Shown here in pieces: positions 11,731 to 23,704 of a stretch of 64,000 bases of DNA. Source of the DNA: Macrostomum lignano (lineage: Eukaryota); assembly GCA_002269645.1 (NCBI GenBank), contig NIVC01001985.1, forward strand, positions 91,042-155,041, written 5' to 3'. Each line of letters starts with the position of its first letter. Position 1 is the first letter of the stretch. The position numbers were made by a program, and so were the translations under genes. Below the pieces are notes generated by a model. That model made no database searches, had not been told where the DNA came from, and saw nothing but the letters and a program-made list of their open reading frames with translations.

Positions 11731-13003
11731 CTGGCTTTAGGTAGAGACATTAAGCTGCTTTTATATACTGCTGCACAGCAGTTTTATTCATTAAACATGT
11801 TTTAATTATAGTTCAACAGTATAAATGTTAGCAAAAAATGATGGTCTAATATTTTAAATAGTTTAGATATATAGATAGGCTGTGAACTCAATGTACATGA
11901 TTGTACAAAAAACAAAATTCAGCCCATTCACTGAATAGTAAACATTTTCAGTTCAGCCAATGAGAATGCAGCATGAACATATGGTAAGAAAGGAAGCCTA
12001 CTACAGTAGTAGTGCTAGTAGTGTAGTAGTGCCTACTACAAAAAAGTAGACAGTAAATTTTTGACAATTTTTTCATGAGTGACATCTAGTTGTTTTAGTA
12101 TCTATGGCCTAGGCCTACCCCTATGCCCTAATTTTAGCCCTTTCAAACAATGTTTATATAGCATAAAAATCTTTATTGCTTGAGTCTCTAAACCTAGGGA
12201 CTTAAATCTTACCATAGTCAAAAAGGTAGTTTAGGCCTAACTTACAAGGGTGGATTTAAGGGAAAGGGGTAGAGAAAGGGGCTAGGAAAGGGGGGATAGC
12301 TGCCCTCCCCTTGTGGCTAGGCCAAAAGCCACAGCATAAATCTAAAAGCAGAAAAATTATTATAGAAAAAAAGCCTTTTTTTAAAGATTTGCATGATTCA
12401 TTTTTCTTCTTGGTATTATGCAAGATATGCTTTATTTCTTATATGCTATACTGTTCTATCTGCACTGGGTAGTATAGAGTTGGACCACTTTCTATGCTGC
12501 ACTGTGCTAGATAATGCAGTGCTAGACCATTTTCTATGCTAGAATTTTCTGTAAACTATAGTGTCTTGAGAGTTTTGACAAAAGCTTTGAAACTATTTAT
12601 ATTCATTCATATCTGTTCCTTTATCCTTATGTACCCATAAACTCAATACTCAAAGGCTGTATGATCTTTTAAGTCTTTTAAGTCCCATTAATTTTAAGTA
12701 GCTAGTGTTAAAATATTATCATTTATATTTAAATGTAACACATTAGATTTTGTTTATATGAAGGCATTAACAAAAAAGTATTTGGCTTATTTTAACTTTT
12801 TGCATTAATAAAATCGAAATGTAGTATATTTTAATTTATATTCAGCCTGTATTTATACTAAGCTGAAAACATTCAGTTTCAGATAAATAATCTAGGCACA
12901 TGCTAAAGTGCTTCAATCTATACTGTGGAATAATATTGTGCCTGACCAGCACCTATACAGTCTGACTGAAAAGTTTAACTGTACATAGGGAAATTTTACT
13001 GCA

Positions 13004-15244
13004 ATGCAAAGCTCCAGTAGTCCCAGTACAGCAGCAGAGTTGTCATCTCTTCATTATTTGTATGGATTTGCTGCTGGCCTGCGCGACTGTTTTACTGGCT
13101 TGGTGCAGCTTCGCTCGCTCAATGCCCGCATAGAGGCTTACAGAGCAAGCCAGATGGATCCTAGATCGCAGAGATCCTACATACAGGCCAAGGAGACAAA
13201 GGAGTAAGTTAATATGTTTAGTTAATTAGTAGGGTGTTTTATTTTTTATACTTGTGCCAATCATCAGTAGATGGTTGCAGGCAATGACAAATACTCAAAG
13301 AGTTCGTGGGAGTGCGGGTAATGACCAATGCTCACGATTTCATGGGAGTGCGGGTAATGACCAATGCTCAAGAGTTCATGGGAGTGCGGGTAATGACCAA
13401 TGCTCAAGAGTTCATGGGAGTGCGGGTAATGACCAATGCTCAAGAGTTCGTGAGAGTGCGGGTAATGACCAATGTTCACGAGTTCATGGAGTGCGAGTAA
13501 TGATAATGACCAATGCTCAAGAGTTCATGGGAGTGCGGGTAATGACCAATGCTCAAGGGTTCACGAGAGTGCAGGTAACGACAGATGCTCAAGAGTTCAT
13601 GGGAGTGTGGATAATGACTGCTCAAGAAATACAATGACCTGTTTCGCGAGTCATTTAGCGGTTTGTCCTTCAGTTGTCTATGGAAGCTTTCGTTTGCCTT
13701 GAAGGCAAGACCAGAATCGTTTAACATTTCAAGTTCAGCATTTTAGCGTATCTCTTTCTACATTTCTGCGCACCCTAGTGCTGCATAACCTGTGACACGC
13801 TCCGGTCGGTTCAATAGCAACCCCGCTGTAAATTGTATTCCAGTAAACTGTCCCTTATCGGCACAATCAAGCGCACGTGGTTTTGGAACGCAGTAGTTCT
13901 TGGCGTAAGTTTTCTAACCTGGCCACTTATTTGTATTTGTCGATTTGTTTAAACTGTTATAGTTCTGTGCCCCGCCCACTTCCGGTCAATTACAAGCATT
14001 AACTCTTGACAAAATTTCATTTTTATGTTCAACATATAAATGACAGTGCAGTGTGCTGGTATTTAACCTGATGGTGCTGCCGGTGCTACTGTGGACGGCC
14101 GACCGGTTTCAAGGTCCCTGGGTTAGCGACTACCTTGTGCCAATAATTACCTGGCTATTTAATGCGCTGTGGATTCTGCCAGTAGTGGTCGTATTGGAAG
14201 TAGTGAATTATTTCTCATTTAAAGATGTCGGCCAGCTGGTTTATATTGTTGCTAAGCGAGAGCAGCGCACCGGAGACGGCAAACGGATTGGCAAGGTTTT
14301 GGCTGATCAAGCCTACGGCCTATTAGTTGAACTGTTGTTTCTGTGTCAGGCTAAATTGGCCAGGCAAATCCCCGTGCCGCTTGTGTCCGAGCTGCTTTAC
14401 CTGTGCCACATGTGCCTGCTCTACTCTCTGTACGTGTTTGACTATCGCTGGTCTAGCAGGGGTGAGTTCAAAGCACAGAGATTTCAAGATTGGGATGTCA
14501 AAAATGGCATCAGATGGGAGATAGGGGATGTCAAAAATGGCATCAGATTGGAGATAGGGGATGTCAAAAATGGCATCAGATGGAAGATTGGGGATGTCAA
14601 AAATGGCATCCGATAAGAGATAGGAGATGTCAAAAATGGCATCAGATGGGAGACAGGGGATGTCAAAAATGGCATCAAATGGAAGATTGGGGATGTCAAA
14701 AATGGCATCAGATAGGAGACAGGGGATGTCAAAAATGGCATCAAATGGGAGATAGGAACTGAAAGTTTGCGGAAAGCCTATCCATTTCACTTGTATGCTG
14801 CCCGACAGGCATGGTATTCCAAAGTCGCGCCATGTACATCGAGCATCACTGGCCATATTTTCTTGCATTCGGTCTGCCTATGGCTCTTATCACATGGCTG
14901 TCGCCCTGGTACGGCCTGTCGATCTGTTTCCTGTCAATCTGCTATCCGATCTGCATTGTGAGCGCATTGTGCGCGCAATATTATCGACTGTACAGGTGAG
15001 CGGACAGGCACTCAGGTTTTGGCACTTTTATATTGCATTTTAAATAAGTTTTTTTATGTCACGTGACCGTAAAAGTCAGAAGAACAACTTTCGCTTACTA
15101 ATAGTAGCATAAGTAGCGAAATATTTTTAACATCTGTTATCATAACTACTTTATAATTTCAGAGCGCCTATTCCGCTGCCACTGATGAAGCCTTCCCTGT
15201 ACCTGATCAACAGAATCCTGTTGGTAGTGCCGGATCGTGTCTGA
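13004..15244 (+). CDS. EI24: Etoposide-induced protein 2.4 homolog (EI24 family ER/autophagy membrane protein), ~314 aa
   Basis: join(13004..13203,13844..13904,14047..14461,14809..14995,15163..15244); all GT-AG with matching phases, 945 nt. Motifs GFAAGLRDCFTG, RTWFWNAVVLG, WLFNALWILP, LADQAYGLLVELLFLCQ, HMCLLYSLYVFDYRW, YIEHHWPYFLAFGLP match EI24. Start codon less certain. Confidence 0.88.
13281..13627. repeat. 36-bp minisatellite in EI24 intron 1
   Basis: Unit GAGTTCATGGGAGTGCGGGTAATGACCAATGCTCAA, about 9 copies. Confidence 0.9.
14490..14756. repeat. 33-bp minisatellite in EI24 intron 3
   Basis: Unit GGGATGTCAAAAATGGCATCAGATGG(G/A)AGATAG-like, about 8 copies. Confidence 0.9.
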
Positions 15245-15615
15245 AACTAATTTTTAATTCTGAATTTGTCAATTTTCCCAAAATGGGGATGAAATCCCCA
15301 GTTGTTTTTCTTCTTATCATGTATATATATAGCTTTTTGTATTGCTCCCAGCGAAGGCTTCGCTATGAGTGGAATATGCTCTTTTATGATTCTTTCAACT
15401 GAGCTTGATCGACTTGGTCTGTTAATGGCTGCTTTTTGAATGACGTGACTTGCATATGTTTAAATTGGAAATCAACTTTCGTTCTTTCATAGTCTTTGTG
15501 TTACAATTGTGCTGTTGCATTGCACATGCAAGTCTGTTTGCCTGTTGTTCGCCGATTTTCATCGTGTTTTTAATCTATCGCTAAGGGGTCATTAAGTACG
15601 TTTTATTTGTCTTCC

Positions 15616-15665
15616 GACCAATCAGAAGTCAGTAAACCCTTCCCCATGCCTGTACGGCCAATCAG
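15616..15665 (+). promoter_or_regulatory. Pair of CCAAT boxes (possible promoter upstream of MRPS24)
   Basis: GACCAATCAG at 15616 and GGCCAATCAG at 15656, 40 bp apart, both fitting the NF-Y consensus. Confidence 0.3.
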
Positions 15666-16245
15666 CTTGGACCATATGGTGTTAACAGATGCGCTCGTTG
15701 TTTAGAGGTTACAAAAGTATGTATTTCGTCGCTTTCATTTGTTTTCTCCACCTGCCGTGTCTGATATTGAATTTGATCTCTATTGCAGAGTGCAATGCGA
15801 GTCTTTATGATTCGTGTCATTTTAATTCGACTCGTTTCATACTACAAGTGTACTTAAATTCGTTGCGTATTTTAAATACTTGTCGAAGAATGTTCTTTTC
15901 CCGGAAGACATTGCTTTCTCAGACTTCGAGCGTCCTCCTAGTGACTAAATGAAATTCCGCTTTGCTCCCTGTCATGTTACCGATAACCAGATTGATTATT
16001 GGCCAGTAGTGTGGTTTGGCACTGTAACGTATATATATTTTATTGCCTAAATTTATCTGTAAATTTTTAATAAAAGTCTAAATTGTCTAAATTATTGTTT
16101 TTTTTATATTAGGTTTTCGTTTTTTCATTTTTTTCTATCGTTGAATTTTCTAGCTATTTGCAAATTGTCTACTAGTATTACATAATTAGCAGTAGTCTAT
16201 AGGAATACGCTTGTTATTTTTTATTAAATTATACCGTTTTTTCAG

Positions 16246-18099
16246 TTACTCTCCTCGTTTCGGCCGCCCTTGCTGCAACGGGCGCAGCAGCTATCGGCCT
16301 TGCACACCAGCGCCAATCGATTATGGGAATTCGGCGAGCTACCAAAACCTTATCGGCGAATACCGCCGAAGAATCGTCGGGCTGCCGTGCTAAAAGGTAC
16401 GCGCGATCGGTCCAGGCCGATCACCTACGAGCAGGCCAAATATCCCGAGCAGATTGGGGCGCAGAAGGCCTGGCAGAGCTGGAATACGGCCGGCTTGCTT
16501 GGCGAAAGTCAGAGCTTTGACGCTGGCACTACTAATTATCAGGATCAATTAATTCGCATTCTGCTGCGGGGCACCTTTCCCGAGATGCTGGCCTCCGAGT
16601 GCATCGTTATTAAGCGACAGGTAATTGGCACGTCTATTCAGGACTGCATGGGGATGACTGGTGATTATTAGCGCACAGGGATAACAGGTGGTGGTTATTA
16701 GCGAACAGAGATCACAGGTAGTGATTATTAGCGAACAGGGATAACAGGCGGTGATTATTAGCGAACAGGGATAACACGTGGTGATTGACTAACAGGGATC
16801 ACAGGTGGTGATTGGCTAACAGGGATCACAGGTGTGATTAGCGAACAGGGATAGCAGGTGGTGATTATTAGCGACCACGGATAACACATGGTGATTGGCT
16901 AACAGGGATCACAGGTGTGATTAGCGAACAGGGATAGCAGGTGGTGATTATTAGCGACCACGGATAACACATGGTGATTGGCTAACAGGGATCACAGGTG
17001 GTGATTGGCTAACAGGGATCACAGGTGGTGATTGGCTAACAGGGATCACAGGTGTGATTAGCGAACAGGGATAGCAGGTGGTGATTATTAGCGACCACGG
17101 ATAACACATGGTGATTGGCTAACAGGGATCACAGGTGTGATTAGCGAACAGGGATAGCAGGTGGTGATTATTAGCGACCACGGATAACACATGGTGATTG
17201 GCTAACAGGGATCACAGGTGGTGATTGGCTAACAGGGATCACAGGTGTGATTAGCGAACAGGGATAGCAGGTGGTGATTATTAGCGAACAGGGATAACAC
17301 GTGGTGATTGACTAACAGGGATCACAGGTGGTGATTGGCTAACAGGGATCACAGGTGTGATTAGCGAACAGGGATAGCAGGTGGTGATTATTAGCGACCA
17401 CGGATAACACATGGTGATTGGCTAACAGGGATCACATGTGTGATTAGCAAACAGGGATAGCAGGTAGTGATTGGCTAACAGGGATCACAGGTGGTTATTG
17501 GCTAACAGGGATCACATGTGTGATTGGCTAACAGGGATCACATGTGTGATTGGCTAACAGGGATCACAGGTGGTGATTGGCTAACAGGGATCACATGTGT
17601 GATTAGCAAACAGTGATAGCAGGTGGTGATTGGCTAACAGGGATCACATGTGTGATTAGCGAACAGGGATCACACAGGTGGTGATTGGCCAACATGGATC
17701 ACACAGGTGGGATGATTGGCTAACAGAGATTTCAGGTGGTGATTAGCGAACTGGTGCTAGAGGTGGTGATAGGTGAGCATAGATAACCGGTAAAAAAACA
17801 AGGACATCGAGCAAAGGGTAGATTTTATAAACAAAGGAACTGCAATTTCGGCATCAGCATAAGTTTCCAGTTATGACAGTGGCCTTATCCCTTATCCTTT
17901 GCAGGGCAATACAATTCGAGTGGCTCTGCTACTAAAGCAGCGAGACAGGATGGACACAAATCCTAGAATTGTGTGCATGCGCTACGCATTTCTGATTGGC
18001 TACGCTGAGGAGATGCTGTCACTACTCATGCGCTGCGTTGTACGACTGGAAGTTCAAACGGTAGACAGCGAGGTCGACCTGGTGTACAAGTTTATCTAA
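16246..18099 (+). CDS. MRPS24: Mitochondrial ribosomal protein S24 (uS3m); initiator ATG not located
   Basis: join(16246..16620,17905..18099). Begins at acceptor TTTTTTCAG with a presequence-like LLSSFRPPLLQRAQQLSALHTS. Conserved RAAVLKGTRDRSRPITYEQAKYPEQIGAQKAWQSWNTAGL, QDQLIRILLRGTFP, SECIVIKRQGN, FLIGYAEEMLSLLMRCVVRLEVQTV...VYKFI*. Confidence 0.9.
16650..17790. repeat. Composite 24-30 bp minisatellite in the MRPS24 intron
   Basis: Variants of GGTGGTGATTGGCTAACAGGGATCACA and GGTGGTGATTATTAGCGACCACGGATAACAC, recurring in blocks. Confidence 0.9.
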
Positions 18100-18512
18100 T
18101 CGTCTAGTAGAAAGATGTTTAGCATTGTTGTTCCATCATGCGATTGCTTCCATGGTTTACTGGATTTGTAGCGCAATTTAGTGTAAAATTGGACATTTAG
18201 TACTGTTATCAGTAGTAATATATTTTGCTTGTTTTTTCTCTGTAAAGTCGTTTGCTGTTTCTTTTTTTCTAAATATCTATATACTTTGAAGGTGTAGGTC
18301 TTGTGCAGTGTCGGGTAGCTGGGGGAGTAAGGGTAATTAGAGTAAGTTTTAGTAACACTTCCTCAATACAGTTTGCATCTAGCTAGTAAGAAACCCCATT
18401 TAAATAAAAAATATTCAAGCATCCATTTCTTTGAAAACGTAGTATATGCACCTATTTTAACCATTAATATTTCAGCTAACGAATCAGCACTAACTACTTT
18501 TATAGTAGCACT

Positions 18513-21500
18513 ATGGACGCTCACGTGACCAGCGGTAGTAATAATAATAATAATTCTAGCGGTAAAAAGGCGCCAGCCGCTAACGGAGAAGGCAACGATG
18601 GCTTCGGCAAGGGCAGGCGAGCCGGCACGCAGGGCTATTATGTCAGCGGCTTGGAAACTCTGAAACGCGTGTCAATTGTATTCAGCATGCCCGAACGAGT
18701 TGGCGCTCTCAGTGCCGCTCTGGAAATCTTTAAAAAGCACCAAGTCAATCTGGAGCACATCGAGAGTCGGCCGTCTAAGCGAGTGGCTAATAGTCACGAT
18801 TTTATTGTCGAGTGCGACAGCAGCGCCTCCGATGTGAAAGACTTGCTGCCCGATCTGGAGGCCATCTCCACCTATGTACAGGTGAGTATAAATACGACAC
18901 TAATCTTTAGCTACAGGAGGCCAAAATAAAGGCAGCTGAAATCACTTTGATAAGTTTAGAAGCTCAAGCTTGCAGGCGTAAACAACTTTTTAGTTGAGCT
19001 AATTGGTTGAGCAATAATGAACATTACGAGTAACCACTGAAATGTACACGGCAGCTTTAGGCTGGAATTCCGAGAAAGGCAATAAAAATTGGGGCGTTGC
19101 GGTGGGCAGTGAGGAAAGGCGCGGTTGGAGGGGCTAAGAGCCAATAAAAGAGTCTTGACTTTAAAAATACATAAAAATGCTAGTGTTTAACTTACTACTT
19201 AACTGAAAGTAGCTTACACCCAAATGTGCTGAGTGGCCTATCTAGTTTTCTAGTATCTGTGAGTAGCTCTAGCGGTTAACGGGCGAGAGAGAGGGAGAGA
19301 GAGAGATAAAGTAAAGGGGGAGAGAAGAGACGGAAAACGAGACCAAGAGTGACATGGACAGAGAGAAGGAAAAGGGGGGGGGAGCTGAGAAGTGAGCTGA
19401 AAAGACATCTAAACCATTAGCGGGGGCCAGATTGCTATTGTAAAGTCCCGAGGGCCAAATAGAAAGGCTTAGCTGACCGTTGGTCACATCTTTTGTCTAC
19501 GAGTAGTCAAGTCATACCTCAATCTAATCAATGTAGTCAAATCTTGATAAGCGGCTTGGGTCAGCATACAAAGACAGCCACCGTAAACGAGCGGTCAATT
19601 TAACTGAGCTCCAGTTTACCCTGCCGTGATATGGTAGCAGCTCAGGGAGTTGTGTATCTCCGCAGTCTTGTAGTGGATCATACATGCGCAACCCCTCTGA
19701 TTTACTTTTTGACCAAAGATGCGACTTACCTATGAAAGAAAACTAAGCAAGATTGACGTGATTTTGGTTAAACGGCAGGAATAACTACGTATGGCCGAGT
19801 GTTGCGCACGTATGTATAAGCTTTTAGCGCGAATTTGAACTAAAAACGTTAAATTTCTGTCTTGATTTGCTTCTTAATCCTCATCCTAATTACCCAATCC
19901 AATCAGGTGCTGAGTCCTGGCAGCCAGACCGACGCTCCGGACGACTCAATTCCCTGGTTCCCGCGCAAGATTAAAGACTTGGACCGGTTTGCTAACCAGA
20001 TACTCAGCTATGGCAACGAATTGGACTCCGATCATCCCGGCTTCACCGACAAAGTGTACAGGGACCGTCGGCAGTACTTTGCCGATATCGCTTTCAATTA
20101 TCGGCATGGTGACACAATTCCCCGGGTGGAGTACAGCGAGCAAGAGGTACTCAATAGTGGTGTAAAGCCTGGGTTTTAACTCCAACTTATATGACTCACT
20201 GGTTGGGTAAATAGGATGGTTTTGTATCTCATCTTAGCTTTATCAGGTGGGTGAGAAGGGTCTGCAGTAGCTCACTGATTGGTCAGGTGGGTGAGAATGA
20301 TCTGCAGTAGCTCACTGATTGGTCAGGTGGGTGAGAATGATCTGCAGTAGCTCACTGATTAGTCAGGTGGGCGAGAATGATCTGCAGTAGCTCACTGATT
20401 GGTCAGGTGGGTGAGAATGATCTGCAGTAGCTCACTGATTGGTCAGGTGGGTGAGAATAATCTGCAGTAGCTCACTGATTGGTCAGGTGGGTGAGAATGG
20501 TCTGCAGTAGCTCACTGATTAGTCAGGTGGGTGAGAATGATCTGCAGTAGCTCACTGATTGGTCAGGTGGGTGAGAATGGTCTGCAGTAGCTCACTGATT
20601 GATCAGGTGGGTGAGAATGATCTGCAGTAGCTCACTGATTGGTCAGGTGGGTGAGAATGGTCTGAAGTAGCTCACTGATTAGTCAGGTGGGTGAGAATGA
20701 TCTGCAGTAGCTCACTGATTGGTCAGGTGGATGAGAATGGTCTGCAGTAGCTCACTGATTAGTCAGGTGGGTGAGAATGTCTGCAGTAGCTCACTGATTA
20801 GTCAGGTGTATGAGAATGGTCTGCAGTAGCTCACTGATTGATCAGGTGGGTGAGAATGATCTGCAGTAGCTCACTGATCGGTCAGGTGGGTGAGAATGGT
20901 CTGCAGTAGCTCACTGATTAGTCAGGTGGGTGAGAATGATCTGCAGTAGCTCACTGATTGGTCAGGTGGATGAGAATGGTCTGCAGTAACTCACTGATTA
21001 GTCAGGTGAGTGAGAATGTCTGCAGTAACTCACTGATTAGTCAGGTGTATGAGAATGGTCTGCAGTAACTCACTGATTAGTCAGGTGAGTGAGAATGTCT
21101 GCAGTAACTCACTGATTAGTCAGGTGTATGAGAATGGTCTGCAGTAACTCACTGATTAGTCAGGTGTATGAGAATGGTCTGCAGTAGCTCACTGATTGGT
21201 TAGGTGTATGAGAATTGTCTGCAGTAGCTCACTGATTGCTCAGATTTTTGCAATGCCTATTTAAGCTCGCATCAATTACCAGATTAACACCTGGCGCACC
21301 GTATTCCGCGAGCTGGTGACACTCTACCCGACTCACGCCTGTCGCGAGTTTAATCACGTGTTTCCTCTGCTAATGGACAATTGCGGCTACAGAGAGGATA
21401 ATATTCCCCAGCTGCAGGATGTGTCCGACTTTCTGCAGGACTGCACCGGCTTCCGGCTCCGCCCTGTGGCCGGCCTGCTCAGCTCGAGAGACTTCTTGGC

Positions 21501-22588
21501 CGGTCTCGCTTTCCGGGTGTTCCATTCTACTCAGTACATTAGGTAATTTACTATAACTATTTTAATTTACTACTGTTAGTAAAAGTTGGGCGCACTGATA
21601 CGTGCTTATCATAGCCGCTTAAAGATGATCATGTTTTTGTCAGAGATTGTCGCATCTTTGTTGGGAGTTGTCAGATTTATGACGGAGGATGTCATAGTTT
21701 GCTAGGATAAGTATGAGGTTTTCAGGTTTTTTGGAGGATATCAGGTTCTTTCGGATCATGTCAGGTTGTCTGTCAGATTCTGTCAGAGGATGTCAGATTC
21801 TCTGTCAGCTTTTCAAGGGATTCAGGTTCTGTCAGAAAATGGTAGATTCTATCAGAGAATGTCAGGTTTTTTCAGGTTCTGCTCGAGAATGTCAGGTGTT
21901 TCTCTGATGTTGTCAGATTCTGTCGGAGGGTGTCTCGTCAGGTTTTCTACGAGTATGAGGTTGTCGGGTTGTGGTTTTGACGATTTCATATTTTGTTTGA
22001 GAATAGTGAGGTTTTGTCGTCCTTCATCCTGAGACTGTCAGGATTTGTCAGACAACGTTGGCACGAGTAGGGTCTGTCTGGTTTTCTACTCAGTGTCAAA
22101 TGTTGCTAAGAGCTGTCAGGGTTTATACTAACACGTTTTCCTTCAACTCGGCAGGCACCACAGTGTCCCGCTGTACACGCCCGAGCCGGACGTCTGCCAC
22201 GAGTTGCTGGGCCACGCGCCGCTATTCGCCGATCCGGACTTTGCCCAGTTCTCCCAGGAGATCGGCCTGGCCAGCCTCGGCGCCAGCGACGAGTTCATAA
22301 TGAAGCTGGCTACCTGCTACTGGTTCACCGTAGAATTCGGCCTATGCATGCAGGACGGCAGTTTGAAGGCCTACGGCGCCGGGTTATTGAGCTCATTCGG
22401 CGAGCTGCAGTACTGCCTGAGTGACAAGCCGACTGTGCGCAGCTTTGAGCCACCGGAGACCGCCGTGCAGCGGTACCCAATCACAGAGTACCAGCCCGTG
22501 TACTTTGTGGCCAAGTCTTTTGAAGAGGCCAAGAGAAAGATTGCCGCTTATTCTAAGTGAGACTTTGAAACGTGCTTATCTGTTCACC

Positions 22589-22645
<57 letters not shown>

Positions 22646-22704
22646 GCTGTCTGTCTGTCTGTCTGTCTGCTGTCTGTCTGTCTGTCTGCTGTCTGTCTGT
22701 CTGC

Positions 22705-22741
<37 letters not shown>

Positions 22742-22820
22742 GCTGTCTGTCTGTCTGTCTGTCTGTCTGTCTGCTGTCTGTCTGTCTGTCTGTCTGTCTG
22801 CTGTCTGTCTGTCTGTCTGC

Positions 22821-22857
<37 letters not shown>

Positions 22858-22902
22858 GCTGTCTGTCTGTCTGTCTGTCTGTCTGCTGTCTGTCTGTCTG
22901 TC

Positions 22903-22938
<36 letters not shown>

Positions 22939-22982
22939 GCTGTCTGTCTGTCTGTCTGTCTGTCTGCTGTCTGTCTGTCTGC

Positions 22983-23031
<49 letters not shown>

Positions 23032-23133
23032 GCTGTCTGTCTGTCTGTCTGCTGTCTGTCTGTCTGTCTGTCTGTCTGCTGTCTGTCTGTCTGTCTGTCT
23101 GTCTGTCTGCTGTCTGTCTGTCTGTCTGTCTGC

Positions 23134-23170
<37 letters not shown>

Positions 23171-23218
23171 GCTGTCTGTCTGTCTGTCTGTCTGTCTGTC
23201 TGCTGTCTGTCTGTCTGC

Positions 23219-23249
<31 letters not shown>

Positions 23250-23553
23250 GCGGCTGTTAATCTATCTGTAAGTGTGTCAGTGTATCTGTATACGCGCCTA
23301 TCTACGTTTGGTTGCCTCTATCTCGCTATACGCAGTGAAAAAGCGCCGCCCCAATCGACTGGCCATATCCCCTGTGCCAATCTGCAGGTGCTCCGGCCGT
23401 CCGTTCACCGTGCGCTACAATCCCTACACACAGAGTGTGGAAGTGCTTGACACTGACAAGCAGATTCGCAAGGTTGTCCGCGACTCCATTGCGGAGCTGA
23501 GCCTGGTCTCCGAGGCCATGGAGAAGCTGCAAGATGTTCATGCTTGCGCTTGA
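18513..23553 (+). CDS. PAH: Phenylalanine-4-hydroxylase, ~478 aa
   Basis: join(18513..18881,19907..20146,21283..21542,22155..22556,23388..23553), 1437 nt, phases consistent. ACT domain ([10 protein letters not shown]...[10 protein letters not shown]), [27 protein letters not shown], iron-binding [14 protein letters not shown] and EFG motifs; YWFTVEFG (Trp, unlike TPH Phe) with FHSTQYIRH supports PAH over TPH/TH. Confidence 0.95.
19679..19814 (+). mobile_element. MITE family A copy 2 (internally deleted) in PAH intron 1
   Basis: TIRs CATACATGCGCAAC / GTTGCGCACGTATG. Interior aligns to 1310-1440 and keeps only GGTTAAACGGCAGGAATAACTA of the rRNA-like piece. No clear TSD. Confidence 0.8.
20232..21243. 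repeat. 40-bp minisatellite in PAH intron 2
   Basis: Unit GTCAGGTGGGTGAGAATGATCTGCAGTAGCTCACTGATTG, about 25 copies. Confidence 0.95.
21640..22120. repeat. Degenerate GTCAG-rich low-complexity repeat in PAH intron 3
   Basis: Recurring TGTCAGA/TGTCAGGTTTT/GGATGTCAG words without a fixed period. Confidence 0.55.
22580..23249. repeat. (TCTG)n microsatellite in PAH intron 4
   Basis: About 670 bp of TCTG with occasional CTG interruptions. Confidence 0.97.
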
Positions 23554-23704
23554 AACTTTTTTCTAAAAAGCGAAACTGCTACTGAATTTGTTCACGGAAA
23601 TAAGGGTTATACAATAGTCGAAGTGTTTGGAACAATGTAAACTTCGTTTCTATTTTAGTAATGACCTTTACGTTCGCTTCCTCCTTCCCTAAAAACCCCA
23701 TAAG

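Noticed and set aside
16650-17790. CRISPR-like appearance of regularly spaced repeats (also 31.7-32.3 kb and 39.8-40.8 kb)
   Set aside because: No unique spacers, no cas genes, eukaryotic intronic or intergenic context.
22421-23450. 279-aa and 292-aa ORFs (LSVC repeats)
   Set aside because: Translation of the (TCTG)n microsatellite within PAH intron 4.
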